64,000 nt of DNA from Octopus sinensis (lineage: Eukaryota), in the NCBI RefSeq assembly GCF_006345805.1, contig NC_042998.1, positions 23,436,001 through 23,500,000 of the forward strand. The letters run 5' to 3'. The position numbers and the translations under genes were made by a program. Positions 48,790-62,297 of this stretch are shown here, one piece after another. The notes beneath the pieces are model-generated. The model was not told where the DNA came from. It did not search any database and was given only the letters and a program-made list of their open reading frames with translations. The stretch's first letter is position 1. Every line of letters begins with the position of its first letter.

Positions 48790-51130
48790 AAATCCTTGAG
48801 GCTCACACACTCGTCCCATACTGGTGCTACTAGTATAGAAACTGAATCGTTTGCTAGTCTTTACTCTACAGCAACTTATTTAATTTCTTACTTGCATCCC
48901 AGGCCACCACAGATGCTCTAAACATTCCTGATCTTATTCTGATTTCGAAACCCAATCACTGTCAAACTGAGGCTGTCTCTGCACCTTTTGGATCATTGGG
49001 CCTTTATCTCATCACAACTACTCAACACACAGTTGTATGTTATACATCATAGGTTCCAAAGTGGGTGCTACTGCCCCCCCTGCCAGTGGGCGTTGAGACA
49101 GTCCAGGTGGGCGCTGGTGCTTGATGGGGCAGAGGTGGGGGACAGTGGAGAAAACGGAGGCGTTGGGAGGAAAGCAGTGGATTGGGGGACGATATGAATT
49201 TATTATAATATTATTATTGTATTGTATATGGATCATATAATATCATATTAAATATCAAATGATTCATAGTATATATAAATTAGTAAAACATAAAATATTT
49301 ATTTATACATAAAAATAGGGGTGGGGTGCTGAGGTTATTATGTGGCCATGAGGGGTGCAGTGGCCCAAAAAGTTTGAGAACTTCTGCTATACAGTGACCC
49401 TTTGAGCCTATGGCACTTTAAGTCAGTAGAGTGGTTAAAGTTCTAACAGTTTCATGCCAATTATCATCCTTGGCAGCAAATGTGCTTCACCCCTGATCCA
49501 TCAGAAACAGTTAGGTGGATGACTGAAACTATCATTTTAGTTAAGTTCCACTGCATTTTGCACACAACAAATACTCAAGGTGTGTGCTGCAACTGACCAG
49601 GTAAAAAGAAAAAAGAGGCTTACAATACCTGTAGAATCTCATCCAATTTTCAAAATTGGTTGGCATCCTTGCAGAAGTGCAATTATCAAAGGTCACATCC
49701 AGACTGTAAAAGATGTCTTTAATACATCACTGCTCACAAGCTTTCCTATCTCCCAAATAGTATTTCATCCTTCTGGCTGCTTGCCAGAAAATCTCTGTCA
49801 CCTTTGTGGAATCCTCTTTTCCACCATTTCTCAACAATGATTGCTCCTTAAACTCCACACTGCACACTCTTTGTCAATCTTCTCCAAATCTTTCCTCTTT
49901 CACTCACCAGACTCTCGCCTGTGAATTCACATGCCATGTGTGAAAATACCTTCAGTTGCCTCAAGCCATTAAAGCCATTAGCTCTGAGAACAGTCAATCT
50001 ATCATGCTTAAATATTGTGCCCTAAAACTCATCTCTATACTCATCAAACTCTTTAATCTATCACTTTAGATGAATAAACCATGACACATAGAAACATGCT
50101 ACAGTGTATTTGTTCCAAAAAAAGGCAATTCTCTGATCAATCCAATGATAGTTGTATTGCGTTCATTCCTAACATTGTCACAGTAAATGAAGATGAACAA
50201 CAATAATAATGTTTTCCAACATCTTGAATTTCTTTCTTTTTGCAATGACCATTGCTATGGCTTCAGCAGAGCCAAATTTACTGCATCTCCCTTTATGTCA
50301 TTCACCAGTGGAAAGGGCTCCCATCTAAGAGAAGTTTGGTAAAAGCAATGATGTTGCCCGAGACATCAACAAAACCTTCAACCATGTCTCCATCCATCTC
50401 TTGAATCATTCTCTTCCTATCAGGTCAAGCCATTGGGGCATATGTTGATGGAGCACTTTCTGTTCTACTCACAACCAGCCCTGGTATGCCTTAGGGTTCA
50501 ATTTTGTTCCTCACTCACTTCCTTCTATACATCTATGACATACTTGCCTTGTCTAACAATATCTACTCTTATGCAAATAATATGACTTTTCATTCCTCTC
50601 TAATCTTCTCCAACCATATATCATCCACATGCAACGTAGACACCACATACCAAACCTGCACTGATTCCATGAATAGAAACTTTGAGAGCATCCTCTATTG
50701 GGGTCATGCCAATTTTGATTCTTCTAATTTTGATTCTTCTAAAAAAAACTCAAGAACTATTCATATCAAGAAAATACTATTACACCACATACTCCTAAAC
50801 AGGAGTGGTACTGAATTATACCAATTGTTGTCTGTATGCTAGGAATCATTATGACTGGCAAAAACACTCCCTTAACATAGACTGGCTCTTTTCTTTAGGG
50901 CCAGAAAATATTTTATCTCGCAACAATTGCTGACACTTTATGAAACTCAAAGAAACCCTGCAGCAGAATATTGTTCCCACATCTGTTGCTACTTTGCACA
51001 ATGACTTCCTTGACTGCAACCAGAGAGGAGTCATTCAACTGTTTTCCTTCTCTTCTCAACAATAACAGCTTCTTTGCATTCAACTTCACACTGTACATTC
51101 TTTGCCAATCTTCTCCAAATTTATCCCTTT
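48790..51130 (+). mobile_element. Heavily decayed CR1/Jockey-like LINE ORF2 (endonuclease end to 3' end), interrupted by a hAT MITE at 49048-49386
   Basis: Scattered remnants: VPKKGN..D.SN, YGF, DI.K.F..V, G.P.GSIL, and LLYIYDI...YSYANN (YADD region, ORF 50504-50842), with many stops and frameshifts. Confidence 0.7.
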
Positions 51131-51313
51131 TCACCCATCAGGCTCCTCACTGTGTTTCAAACCATAAGGCAGTTCTTCAAACCAGTTGCTTCAAACCATA
51201 AGGCAGGCCATTGGCTCCAAGAACATCATCCCATTCATTGCACTCAGACATTATGCCCTAAAACTATTTACATGGTGGAAAAGAATATAAAATGTTATTC
51301 AATAAAATAAATA

Positions 51314-51800
51314 CTAGACTTGATAAGAATGATTAAAAGAAAACCATCGAATGCAGCTCCCTAGCACGGATGCAGTCCAGTGACTGATTCCAGGAGAATA
51401 AAAGTAAAAAAGTATCCCAAAGTATACTAACAGTATCCATGGAAATTCTATGATTATTTTGAAAACTGTGATTATTAGAAGTTTATAGAGAAATATAGCA
51501 TATGTAATTTCTGTTAAAATTGTATTTATATTAAGTGTTTTATTCTTAAGATGGTGTAAAGTCCAGATAAAGGTGCAATTTTGTGTGAAAACATCTTGGA
51601 ATAATATCTTCTTTGTTATACACCTGTCACCTCTTTTATATTGAGAGTTGTTACCTATCATTTGTATCTTTACATGTGGAAGTGAATATATTCTTGAAAG
51701 AGCTACATACAATTGTCTGTGAGAAAATTGTCGTTCACTTCTCTTCACCTTTCTACTGGGACTACATTGTTAGAATAATAGATAAATATGTTATAAGAGC
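51314..51800 (-). mobile_element. Helitron 3' remnant
   Basis: ORF 51314-51748 begins FSHRQLYVALSRI (helicase motif FSHGQLYVALSRV). The minus strand ends CTAG followed by T at 51314. Confidence 0.6.
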
Positions 51801-51886
51801 CCTATATGTTTACAGTGGGTGTTATATATAATCAAAGACCTGATCTATAACAAAATCTAACAAAATCAACGATATTATCTATAATA

Positions 51887-52300
51887 GGCGCAGGAGTGGC
51901 TGTGTGGTAAGTAGCTTGCTAATCAACCACATGGTTCCGGGTTCAGTCCCACTGCGTGGCACCTTGGGCAAGTGTCTTCTACTATAGCCTCGGGCCGACC
52001 AAATCCTTGTGAGTGGATTTGGTAGACGGAAACTGAAAGAAGCCTGTCGTATATATGTATATCTATATATGTGTGTGTGAGTTTGTGTGTCTGTGTTTGT
52101 CCCTCCAACATTGCTTGACAACCGATGCTGGTGTGTTTACGTCCCCGTAACTTAGTGGTTTGGCAAAAGAGACCAATAGAATAAGTACTGGGCTTACAAA
52201 GAATAAGTCCTGGGGTCGATTTGCTCGACTAAAGGCGGTGCTCCAGCATGGCCACAGTCAAATGAGTGAAACAAGTAAAAGAGTAAAAGAGAGTAAGAGT
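51887..52300 (+). mobile_element. SINE family B, full length, followed by a family D MITE fragment (about 52300-52500)
   Basis: ggcgcaggagtggctgtgtggtaag...acaagtaaaagagtaaaagag. Confidence 0.92.
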
Positions 52301-52903
52301 ATCAACCAGGGTCCATATAAGGGTTCGTTATTTCTACAGTACACAAAGTATTTTAACAATTTTTTATACAGTCCCAAATAACATCTAATTATAAAAATAT
52401 ATGAGGATATCTTTTTTTAACATGGGGTCCATTAGAGTAAAATAGGAACCAAAGGGGCACATAAACAAACAAACAAAAAAAAGATGGTCGAGAACCACTA
52501 ATCTATAATATTATTCTCCTGTCTTTCAACTGCATTGGCAACACATTAAATTACATATCATTTTCATATTTAAAAACAAAAACGGTGCAACTAGCAGGAC
52601 TTGAATCCAATAGTAAGTGTTCATGTGAATGAAGTACCCTATTTGTGCCACTGAGTTTTGGATCCTACACAAATATACCACACTTAATTTAAAATATTTA
52701 TTCCCAAGACTCACAAATGATATAAATGTTGCAACTATAATTGTCCATAATCGATAATGCTTTTTATTATATTTCATAGTGTCTCCATCAACTGGCTCAT
52801 AAATAAATGTATTTATAACAAATAATGTATTTAATTTAATTTCATAGTTAAATATTACTTACATAGAATCAGTATTACTTATTTAGTAACAGAATATTAT
52901 ATA

Positions 52904-53293
52904 CTAGCAGTATCGCCTGGCGTTGCTCAGGTTTTCAACCCTTTAGAATTGGAATTTTTGAAAAGTAAAAATTTTGCATTATGTAGCTTGTTATTCTCTT
53001 TAAGTGAACATTTTCCTGGTTGAAATACACCGAAAAATGGCAACACAGCAGTAAAAAAAATCGTAAAAAATAGGGATTTTCATAGAAAAAAAGCACCTTT
53101 TCGATGTAAGTAATTTTTGGTGTTAACATGGTCCGATTTGAATTTTATCTTCTACGGAATGAAGAACAAGCCTTCTTCTATCATACTCACAATTTTGGTC
53201 AACTTGCGCCGTAGGGTCTTGGAGGAGATAGTGCTAGTTGAAGGCTACCAAATCTGCCATACACAGACAACTTCAGCTTTATATAGAGAGAGA
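52904..53293 (-). mobile_element. Non-autonomous Helitron
   Basis: Minus strand A/TCTCTCTCTATATAAA...cctgagcaacgccagg (subterminal hairpin)...CTAG/T: canonical TC...CTAG ends inserted between A and T. Confidence 0.85.
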
Positions 53294-55293
53294 TTACTGT
53301 GCAGGCTGTCTCACTGCTATTGAATGGATTTTCTGGTCTTGTGTTTTGGGAATAAAATCTTTTAATTTCCCCTGACTTACCATTAATTGCTTCATTAGCA
53401 CATAGTAGGGAATGTGGTATTATGTTCTTTGTTACAAATCTAAGACATTGCAAGTGAAGGATGTTGATCATCTCACTCAAGCATTAAAAAAAAAGTATAG
53501 TTTTATATTATAAGAATATTTACATAATATAAATTATACAATTTGCATATTTGTATTTATTAAGTTTATTATTCAACAAGAAATCGTTTGATTTTGTGTG
53601 TTTGAGTTGTGTGTGTGTGTGTGTGTATGTGTGTATGTGTGTGTGTGTGTATGTGTGTGTGTAATTAATTTCTATAATTATAATGAATTTATTCCTCCTT
53701 TCATCTGATATTTGTATATGCATATATATACATATATGAACATGTGTATGTATATGATATGTTTCTGTGTGTGCATGTAGGTATGTATATGTATGTGTGT
53801 TTGTGTTATGACACATGCATATATTTTGCACATAAATACACATGCACACACAGGTTTGCAATGTGTGTATGTGTGTATATATATGTGTGTGTGTGTGTGC
53901 ATGTGTGTGTGTATGTGTGTGTGCAGAAAAGTCATTTTTAGTTTATACTAACTACCTTATTTCAGTTGATATCGTAAGTGGTCACACACATGTAAGAATT
54001 TGTATAACTTAAACATTAATTCATATTGTAATTTGGAATATTTTCAGGGATGTACATCCCCCCTGGCATCCAACATCAATCTTGAATTTGTAAGAATTCT
54101 CTAATACTATTGTTACTATTTTGTTACACTAGTGACCAAATAGTATTGCTATTTAGATTGTTATGCTCCTTTCAGTTTTCAAAGCAGCGAATACTCTATA
54201 AAAAAAAAAATCTAAAAAAAACACGCTGCAGTTTTGGAAAAATACTTCTGTTGTTTTCTTCTTTTTAAGCAGCAATATATATTTTGATAGTTCCACTTAT
54301 TCAATCTGTTGAGCAAAACACAAAAAAACACAAAATATTCAGTAAGTTATTGATTTACATTGATAGTATTGAGTTTGGCTGCATTCATAAGAAAGACACA
54401 GAAAGAGAGGAAGACAGAGAGAGAGAGAGAGAGAAGAAGAAAAAAACATGTGCTTTGTTAGTACTTTAACTTTCTTACGGCTTATATCACAGAGACTACA
54501 AATTAACTTCCTGTTTAAGCAGTAAGAGGTTTTATGTGTGCAGCGAGCATGGTTTGGGTAGGCAGAGCATTATTACTGCTTTTAAGTTGATGTCTTGGCA
54601 TAAAGATCACTTAATACAATGAGATTGAAACCCAGCCACTTTAGCTACTGAGTTTTTGACAGAAACAGTAATCTGATTGGAACATCATGGCTTAATCTTT
54701 GTTGCTGCTGTATTATCCACATCTGGTTTAAAACCTAGCTCCTTCAAGACAACAAGACAGTCTCTGTGTGTTTGGTTGCCTAAATTCCATTTTTAATGGC
54801 TTAATCAGAAGAGAAGGTATTGTGCAGTACCTCTGTCCTTATGCAGGGCAGCTGTGACTGGTGGAAGGTAGAGAGGAAGTTAGCCTTAGATAGTGTCCTG
54901 GCTTGAATGTTTCTGGCAGGGTGGATTCCACTAAAGGCTTGCGTAATCTTGGTCAGTGGTTCTATATGGTTTTCTTCTCTCAAATTCCACTGATAAAGAC
55001 TTGGGGCAAATTGAGGATACAAATGAAGATATTTGTCCAAGGTGTTGCTCTGTGGAAGCAAAACCAAAATGATGTGGTTACAAAACAAGCTTCTTAAGGC
55101 ACACAGACATATCTGCGTCCATTGCTAGAATCAGCAGCCAAATATCCCTCCAATTGTATTCTACTATAGCAACAACACAACAACTCGGCATACTAAACTA
55201 TTAAGCTGTGTTCACTATCATCACTACCGAGCTAGGGAGAATTCCATACTTGGATATGAACTGGATTATCTTATTCAGATTATATAAAATTAA

Positions 55294-55491
<198 letters not shown>

Positions 55492-55648
55492 TATATACAT
55501 ATATAAATATATATTTGAGTAGTTGAATGAATTATCTTATTAAGGATAATTCGAAAGATAACCGATACCTGGGAATAAAGGATATTTGTTAACTAGTCGT
55601 TCAACTCCATTCTTTCATATACTTATAATTTTTAAATATATATATATA

Positions 55649-55702
<54 letters not shown>

Positions 55703-56819
55703 CACATATATATACACATTCATGCACATATTTATACATATATATATCTGAAATAATTTTCTTGCATTTTGTGTTTTGCTGCATAGGTTGAAAAGTCTAC
55801 TGCCATTTTCTACTGATTTTTGCCCCTCAATTCTGTCACTATTATTCATTTTTTTTTCCCTCAATTCTGTCACTATTATTCATTTTTTTGAAATGATTTT
55901 TAATATTATTTCTTTTAGTCTTTATTATCCTTTCATATATTCTTGTACAATATTTTATTTTCTTATTTTTTTTTTTTTCGTATCTTCAGAATGGGAACCT
56001 GCCTGTAAGTTTATTGAGTAGAGACTCATAGAAAAGATATGATTGGTATCTAAAGCTGTGCTAATAATCTACTAGTTTCAAATAACTGTGTTTCAAAAGT
56101 AAACACTTTATTTCACCTGAAACAATACCTTTAATTCACATGTTTAACATCAAACACAAATAATTCACGTGCTTAATATCAGAATAAATGAGAGTATATG
56201 TAGATTTTTAAAAGTATATTAAACAATGTATTGATCAACACGTACACATGTAGTTGCTAATGAATGAATAGTTGATATTAATTAATATCAATGCCATTAT
56301 CTTACTTATTACTTTCGGCAGGATTTTCTGCTTCATTTTTAGATTTCTACTGTGGTTCTTAGAATCACTATTGCATGCATGTTTTGGCAAAATGCACTCT
56401 TTGGTTTTATAAATGGAAAATCTTATAAGCACAAGTTATTCAACTAAGTTCATTAATGATGTTTTGTATTTTGATGAAAAAAAAAATCAAAAAGAAAAAA
56501 ATTTCTTTTGGATCAAAGTACTCCTTGTGTTTTGTTAGAATTTTTTTTCCATCAATAAATATAATTTTGTAATACTGTAATTTTGTAATTCACAGGGATA
56601 AAGGGACTTTTCTTACCGAATTGGAGCTAATGAAAGTCAAGGCGTCTACTGATAATTTTATTTATTAGCTTAGTAGTAGGCCTGAAGTTTTACTTTAATT
56701 GATTTAATGTTCAGTTTCCTAATATGAAAATCCAATGTATGTATGCGTGTTTTTATATATATATATATATATATATAATCTAACCCATACTGTCATGGAA
56801 AACAGATATAAAACGAACA

Positions 56820-57051
56820 GGCGGCGAGCTGGCAGAAACGTTAGCACGCCGGGCGAAATGCGTAGCCGTATTTCGTCTGCCGTTACGTTCTGAGTTCAAA
56901 TTCCGCCGAGGTAGACTTTGCCTTTCATCCTTTCAGGGTCAATTAAATAAAGTACCAGTTATGCACTGGGGTCGGTGTAATCGACTTAATCCGTTTGTCT
57001 GTCCTTGTTTGTACCCTCTGTGTTTAAGCCCCTTGTGGGTAGTAAAAAAAT
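56820..57051 (+). mobile_element. SINE family A monomer with perfect 16-bp TSD
   Basis: agatataaaacgaaca at 56804-56819 and 57052-57067. Confidence 0.93.
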
Positions 57052-58081
57052 AGATATAAAACGAACAAAGTGTAGTGACTGAGTTTAAGTTGTTAACTAC
57101 GAGCCACATAATCCTGAGTCCAAATTCTTGGTTCCACAAGAATTGCCAATTCAAAACTGCTCATATTAAATTGTTACATATATAATTAAGTTAAAATATC
57201 AACCAAAATCGAATATTTACTTGAACGGTAGTGCAAATATTTATCTTCAGCCAAGCTGTATTTCAAACACTGGCTTGAGTAAATAAAAATAGCTATTTTA
57301 TGAAATCCTATAAAATTTTTGATTACTTAAAAAAACTTAATTTAAACACATTAGTAGTCTACATTTGAAATCTTATCACAAAAGTGCTAACTTATTAGTT
57401 ACTTGCCAAGGGTGAATATTAATTGCAAATAGAGTCTAAAAGCTAATTAAAAGCTAATTAAATTTCTCAGTTATATGTTAATCTATGCTTGATCGTGTTT
57501 GATTGGCGAACAAATTTAAAGCTATATGTATTATTAAAGTAAATCTACTTCTAATAATTTTATCTGAAATTGCACTGATATCTGTTTTCTAGTATTAGTA
57601 ATTAGATCGAAACAAACGTGGGTGTAGATATAGCCATTTGGTTAAGAAGCTTGCTTCAAATCATGTGGTGCCATGTTTGAACCCACTGCACAGCTTCTTG
57701 GACTTGTGTTGGCCACCACAGCATTAGATTTAACAAATCTTTGTGATTGAAACTGAATAAGACAAAGCTGTATCGATGCATGTAGGATAGATTGCATCAA
57801 AATTTGGATGGATGACTTAATTAGTCATCTAGTTGAACAGAATCACCTGACAGGTGGGTGTGTCTTAGTACGGTCCACTGTGTTGGCAGCATTTGATGAA
57901 CCAGGCCTCCAGTTTCAGGACAGCTTATTTATTTTTACACTCAAGATTCAGATGCTTTGTAAAATAAATGAATAAATAATAACAATTTTAGGAGCTCCCT
58001 TTCTTTGATTAAGACAAAAAGTTTAAATATGTAGAAATGATGGCCAGAAATATTAATTTTATCCTTTTATTTTTCTTGACA

Positions 58082-58121
<40 letters not shown>

Positions 58122-58141
58122 TATATATATATAAAATTGAT

Positions 58142-58495
58142 AATTAAAAACTCAAAATGTAAATATTTTTGAGAATAATGTATTTAGAGTTTAGATTATA
58201 GTTTACTTTATTAGTTTTCAGAAAGGTTTATTCAAACATAAGTTACATCAGCAATGTAGCATTTTAATATGGAATTAAAATAAGTTACTGTTTTGTCTGC
58301 AGTCAGAAGCGGTGGAACTCATTGATAGTAATATGTTGAAATGTTCTTTGAAAGAAATGCTATCTTTTCACCTTAAAGTACATACATTTAATGGTGTTTA
58401 GTGCAAATTGAATCTCATCAGTATTTAATCTATGTAATATAGTTATTTTTTTTATAAATTACCCACATTAGCTCTATTGCTAATTGAAACATTTA
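58142..58495 (+). repeat. ~350-bp segment duplicated at 60338-61107 (second copy interrupted)
   Basis: Colinear direct match (about 90% by eye) from aattaaaaactca to ttgaaacattta. Confidence 0.9.
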
Positions 58496-58807
58496 TAAAT
58501 TTATATATATATATATAAAATGTGATTTCACCCTTCCTTAGGCTTGCCAATGATAGATATCTGGCGAAGACATAATAGCCAGTTCTTCCATTAACAATGT
58601 ATAGAATTTCAGTGCCTATTCAGGCACTGGTGTTGTAAATAGCCCGTGGGCTTGTTAAAAAGTAATTAATAACGACAGAAGCAGCAGTATACTGAAAGGT
58701 AATATTTCTCTCTCACTGGATGTCAATGTTGCGTTAGAACACAGAATCCTCTGTTATTTATCATGAGAGGGGACACACACACACACACATGTTCAGTGGG
58801 AGATAAA

Positions 58808-58948
58808 TGTTGACTTTGCCTTTCATCCTTTCGGGGTCGATTAAATAAGTACCAGTTATGCACTGGAGTCGATATAATCGACTTAATAACTATGTCTGTC
58901 CTTGTTTGTCCCCTCTGTGTTTAGCCCCTTGTGGGTAATAAAGAAATA
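58808..58948 (+). mobile_element. 5'-truncated SINE family A
   Basis: Core and tail only, ending aagaaata and followed by ggtatg. Confidence 0.85.
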
Positions 58949-59605
58949 GGTATGAATACTGTTTCTGTCACTATCAACTATTTTCAATCTGTAAGAAAAC
59001 AGATACATATGTGAATGGAATCAGAATAAGTAAATAAGTACGAACTATCTCAAGTGTTTTGATCCAATTTTTCTCAAATGACTTTTTTATTTAACGATAC
59101 AAAACATCTAAAAATTTTCAATTTGGTTGAATAACATTTTCTTGGCATGCAGATGAACACTCGTTATTACTTTTAATTTTAATATGGCATGCATTTGAAC
59201 ACTCGTATACTTGATATAATAAATTTTCAGCAAATTTCAAAAACTAGTTTTTGTAAAAATTTTGCTTAATACATGTTTGTAAAGTCAGTATTTGTTGCTG
59301 ATTAAAAAGTTTCAGTTATTGATTTTATACCAAATGAAAATGTAATTTTTTTTTTTATGACTATAAATATTAAATAACTTGTTTAATATCTTACACTCAA
59401 TATGAAGAATTGGGTAAGTTTACATGTAGAAAAAAATATATGTAATATATAAAATATATATTGCCTTTATATTGATTAGTTAATTTAATTGCTCCTTGTT
59501 ACAATATATATTTCCTTTATTTTTATTTTTTTTGAAATTTGCATCACAGATAATCATCTCTGTTTCCCCTTTCTACTTTTGAAAAATATTAATACAGTAT
59601 TAATC

Positions 59606-59694
<89 letters not shown>

Positions 59695-59934
59695 TAATAA
59701 CAACAACAACAGTGAATTTCTCTTTTTTTTTATATTGTTCGCTCCTTGATGTATGAAATGAATGATTTCTGCTGTACTATCTGTTTTCTCAAAGAAATTT
59801 AAATTGGACAAATTAAATGAAATTTCTTTTAAACTTAGTCAATTATTTTGAAATCCTCTAATTATGTACAATTCAAATGTATATCATAATACAAATTATC
59901 TCATTAGTAAAATACATAAACTAAATATGCTGAT

Positions 59935-59965
<31 letters not shown>

Positions 59966-60525
59966 TCTGATGTTAAAATAGAACATAGACATCAGAATAT
60001 ATGCCTTTTTCTATAAGGCTGTTCCACTAATGGTTGCAGGTATTCATTGTACTATCTAGTTCTGAATCTTGAAATATTTTAGTCTGAAAACAGATGCAAA
60101 AATAAAATAACTATTGCAATATATTTTCCCTGAAATTTTAGCCAAGAATATTTCATGGCTGTTTCTATAGTAGCTGTAACATTACAAATTTTGAAATCTT
60201 ATTACCTGCAAAAACTAAGTAAAAAATAAGGAGTAAATTAATTTGCTTATGTTCCAACGAATCTTTGCGCAAAAATTTGCTTCTAATCATTTTTGAGCTT
60301 AAATTGCTATGTAACGGTAATTTTATACAGTGATCAGAATTAAAAACTCAGAACGTAAATATTTTTGAGAATAATAATGTATTTAGAGTTTAGATTATGG
60401 TTTACTTTATTAGTTTTGAGGAAGGCTATTCAAACATAAGTTACATCAGCAATGTAGCATTGTAATATAGAATTAAAATAAGTTAGTGTTTTATCTACAG
60501 TCAGAAGCTGTGGAACTCATTGATA

Positions 60526-60926
60526 CTTACTTGTACTTGTGGTGACATTCACCCTGGGTGGGTTGAGTCGGCTTCTTCTACCATCCTCCAGGCATCTCGA
60601 ACCATGGCAGTGGAAGAAGTTTTGTGGGAATATGAATTTCACAAGCAGTCTCCAACAATCCCGCATGTAGAGACATCCTGTTTGCCGCAGATTGTCCGCA
60701 GACGCAGGGACAGAACGACTGAGGAGCCGCCAGTTGCCGAAACAGACACTCCGAGGATTTTCACCAGAGCCCTGTCTGCCAGGTTGTGGCCCTAATACCA
60801 CTCGGTGTCAGACCAATCTGCCTTGGGTGGCCCTACCAGGAATCGAAGTTCCCGACAGCATAGCTCTGACACTACCTGTTGCCAGCATCCCCACCACAGT
60901 GAGGAGGGGATGGACTTTGGGATCGC
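60526..60926 (-). mobile_element. 401-bp RTE-like retroposon made of LINE 5' and 3' ends, perfect 12-bp TSD
   Basis: TSD aactcattgata at 60514-60525 and 60927-60938. The 5' part has gtagggccacccaaggcag (RTE/BovB 5' region-like). The 3' part reads WRMVEEA..T followed by a (caagta)n tail. No tRNA A/B boxes; CpGs intact. Confidence 0.75.
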
Positions 60927-61880
60927 AACTCATTGATAGTAATATATTGAAATGTTCTTTGAAAGAAATGCTATCTTTTTACCTTAAATTACATACATTT
61001 AATGGTGTTTAGTGTAAATTGAATCTCATCAGTATTTAATCTATGTTGTATAGTTATTTGTTTTTATAAATTACTCCCATTAGCTCTATTGCCAATTGAA
61101 ACATTTAAAATAATGATTTAAAGAATTTATAAGACCAGATGCTTCTTGTTCACAAAATTCCTAATATTTATTTAAAAAATTAATTTAACCAGTCATTTTA
61201 ATAATAGATATAATAAAACAAATCAGTATAAAACTTTTATGAATGACATACACCCTTTTTATATCCCTGAGAATGATGTGTTATTTGAAACACCTTCACT
61301 TTGCTTTATGTTTATATACTATGTAATCTTTTGAAATGTGATTTGATATTAACTCATAATTGTTTTCCATTGATTGTGATTCCTTTATTTGTATTGAATG
61401 ATTTTTTCCCCCACTTCCCTGACTTGCTTTTTGCAGTCTATCTTTTCCCTTATGAATGAATAATTTATTTGAAGATGTGTATCCTATCCTAATTTATTCT
61501 AATAGGTTAAAATCATAAGCATTGTATGGAAATTTGAAAATGTTTTAACTTAGTATCTTGTTGAAAAACAGCATTAAAGCATTATTAAATTCTCTACACT
61601 AGCTTTTAATTTTGCAAGGGAAAGAAATTATTTTATTGATAGCTAATTGCTATTCTATTCTCATTTGTGAAAATCTTCTGTTCAAATGATTTGATGAACA
61701 CTAAGGTCAAGTAGTTTATTCAAGTTTTAATGAGTTAGTAGTAATGTTGTATAGAGGAGTGGTAGGCTGTCTGCATGGCAATAAAAACAACAAAAATGTA
61801 CACACAAGCGCAGTTCCTTGTACTCCCCATGGAACAGGAATAATGTTTAACACACTGTTCTCTGAAGGAGTAAAAGCAGT

Positions 61881-62297
61881 ACTCTTTTACTCTTTCACTT
61901 GTTTCAGTCATTTGACTGTGGCCATACTGGAGCACCGCCTTTAGTCGAGCAAATCGACCCCAGGACTTATTCTTTGTAAGCCTAGTACTTGTTCTATCGG
62001 TCTCTTTGGCTGAACCGCTAAGTTATGGGGACGTAAACACACCAGCATCGGTTGTCAAGCGATGTTGGGGGGGGGGAAACACAGGCATACACACACACAC
62101 ACATACCCCCCCCCCCCACACACACATATATATACATATATATGACGGGCTTCTTTCAGTTTCCATCTACCAAATCCACTCACAAGGCTTTTGGTCGGCC
62201 CGAGGCTATAGTAGAAGACACGTGCCCAATGTGCCACACAGTGGGACTGAACCCAGAACCATGTGGTTGGTAAGCAAGCTACTTACCACACAGCCAC
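61881..62297 (-). mobile_element. SINE family B
   Basis: As in the other B copies; internal (TA)/(TG)/G-run. Confidence 0.9.

Noticed and set aside
58301-58405. Duplicated exon SEAVELIDSN...GV* in the 350-bp duplication (acceptor kept, one synonymous change)
   Set aside because: The remaining differences between copies are non-synonymous (M/I, H/Y, V/L), and flanks are as conserved as the putative exon.
58610-58629. Hairpin cagtgcct-attc-aggcactg
   Set aside because: An isolated 8-bp stem is expected by chance at this window size, and there is no supporting context.
60517-61012. Three overlapping 91-106 aa GC-rich ORFs as a host gene
   Set aside because: They lie within or start in the TSD-flanked 401-bp retroposon.
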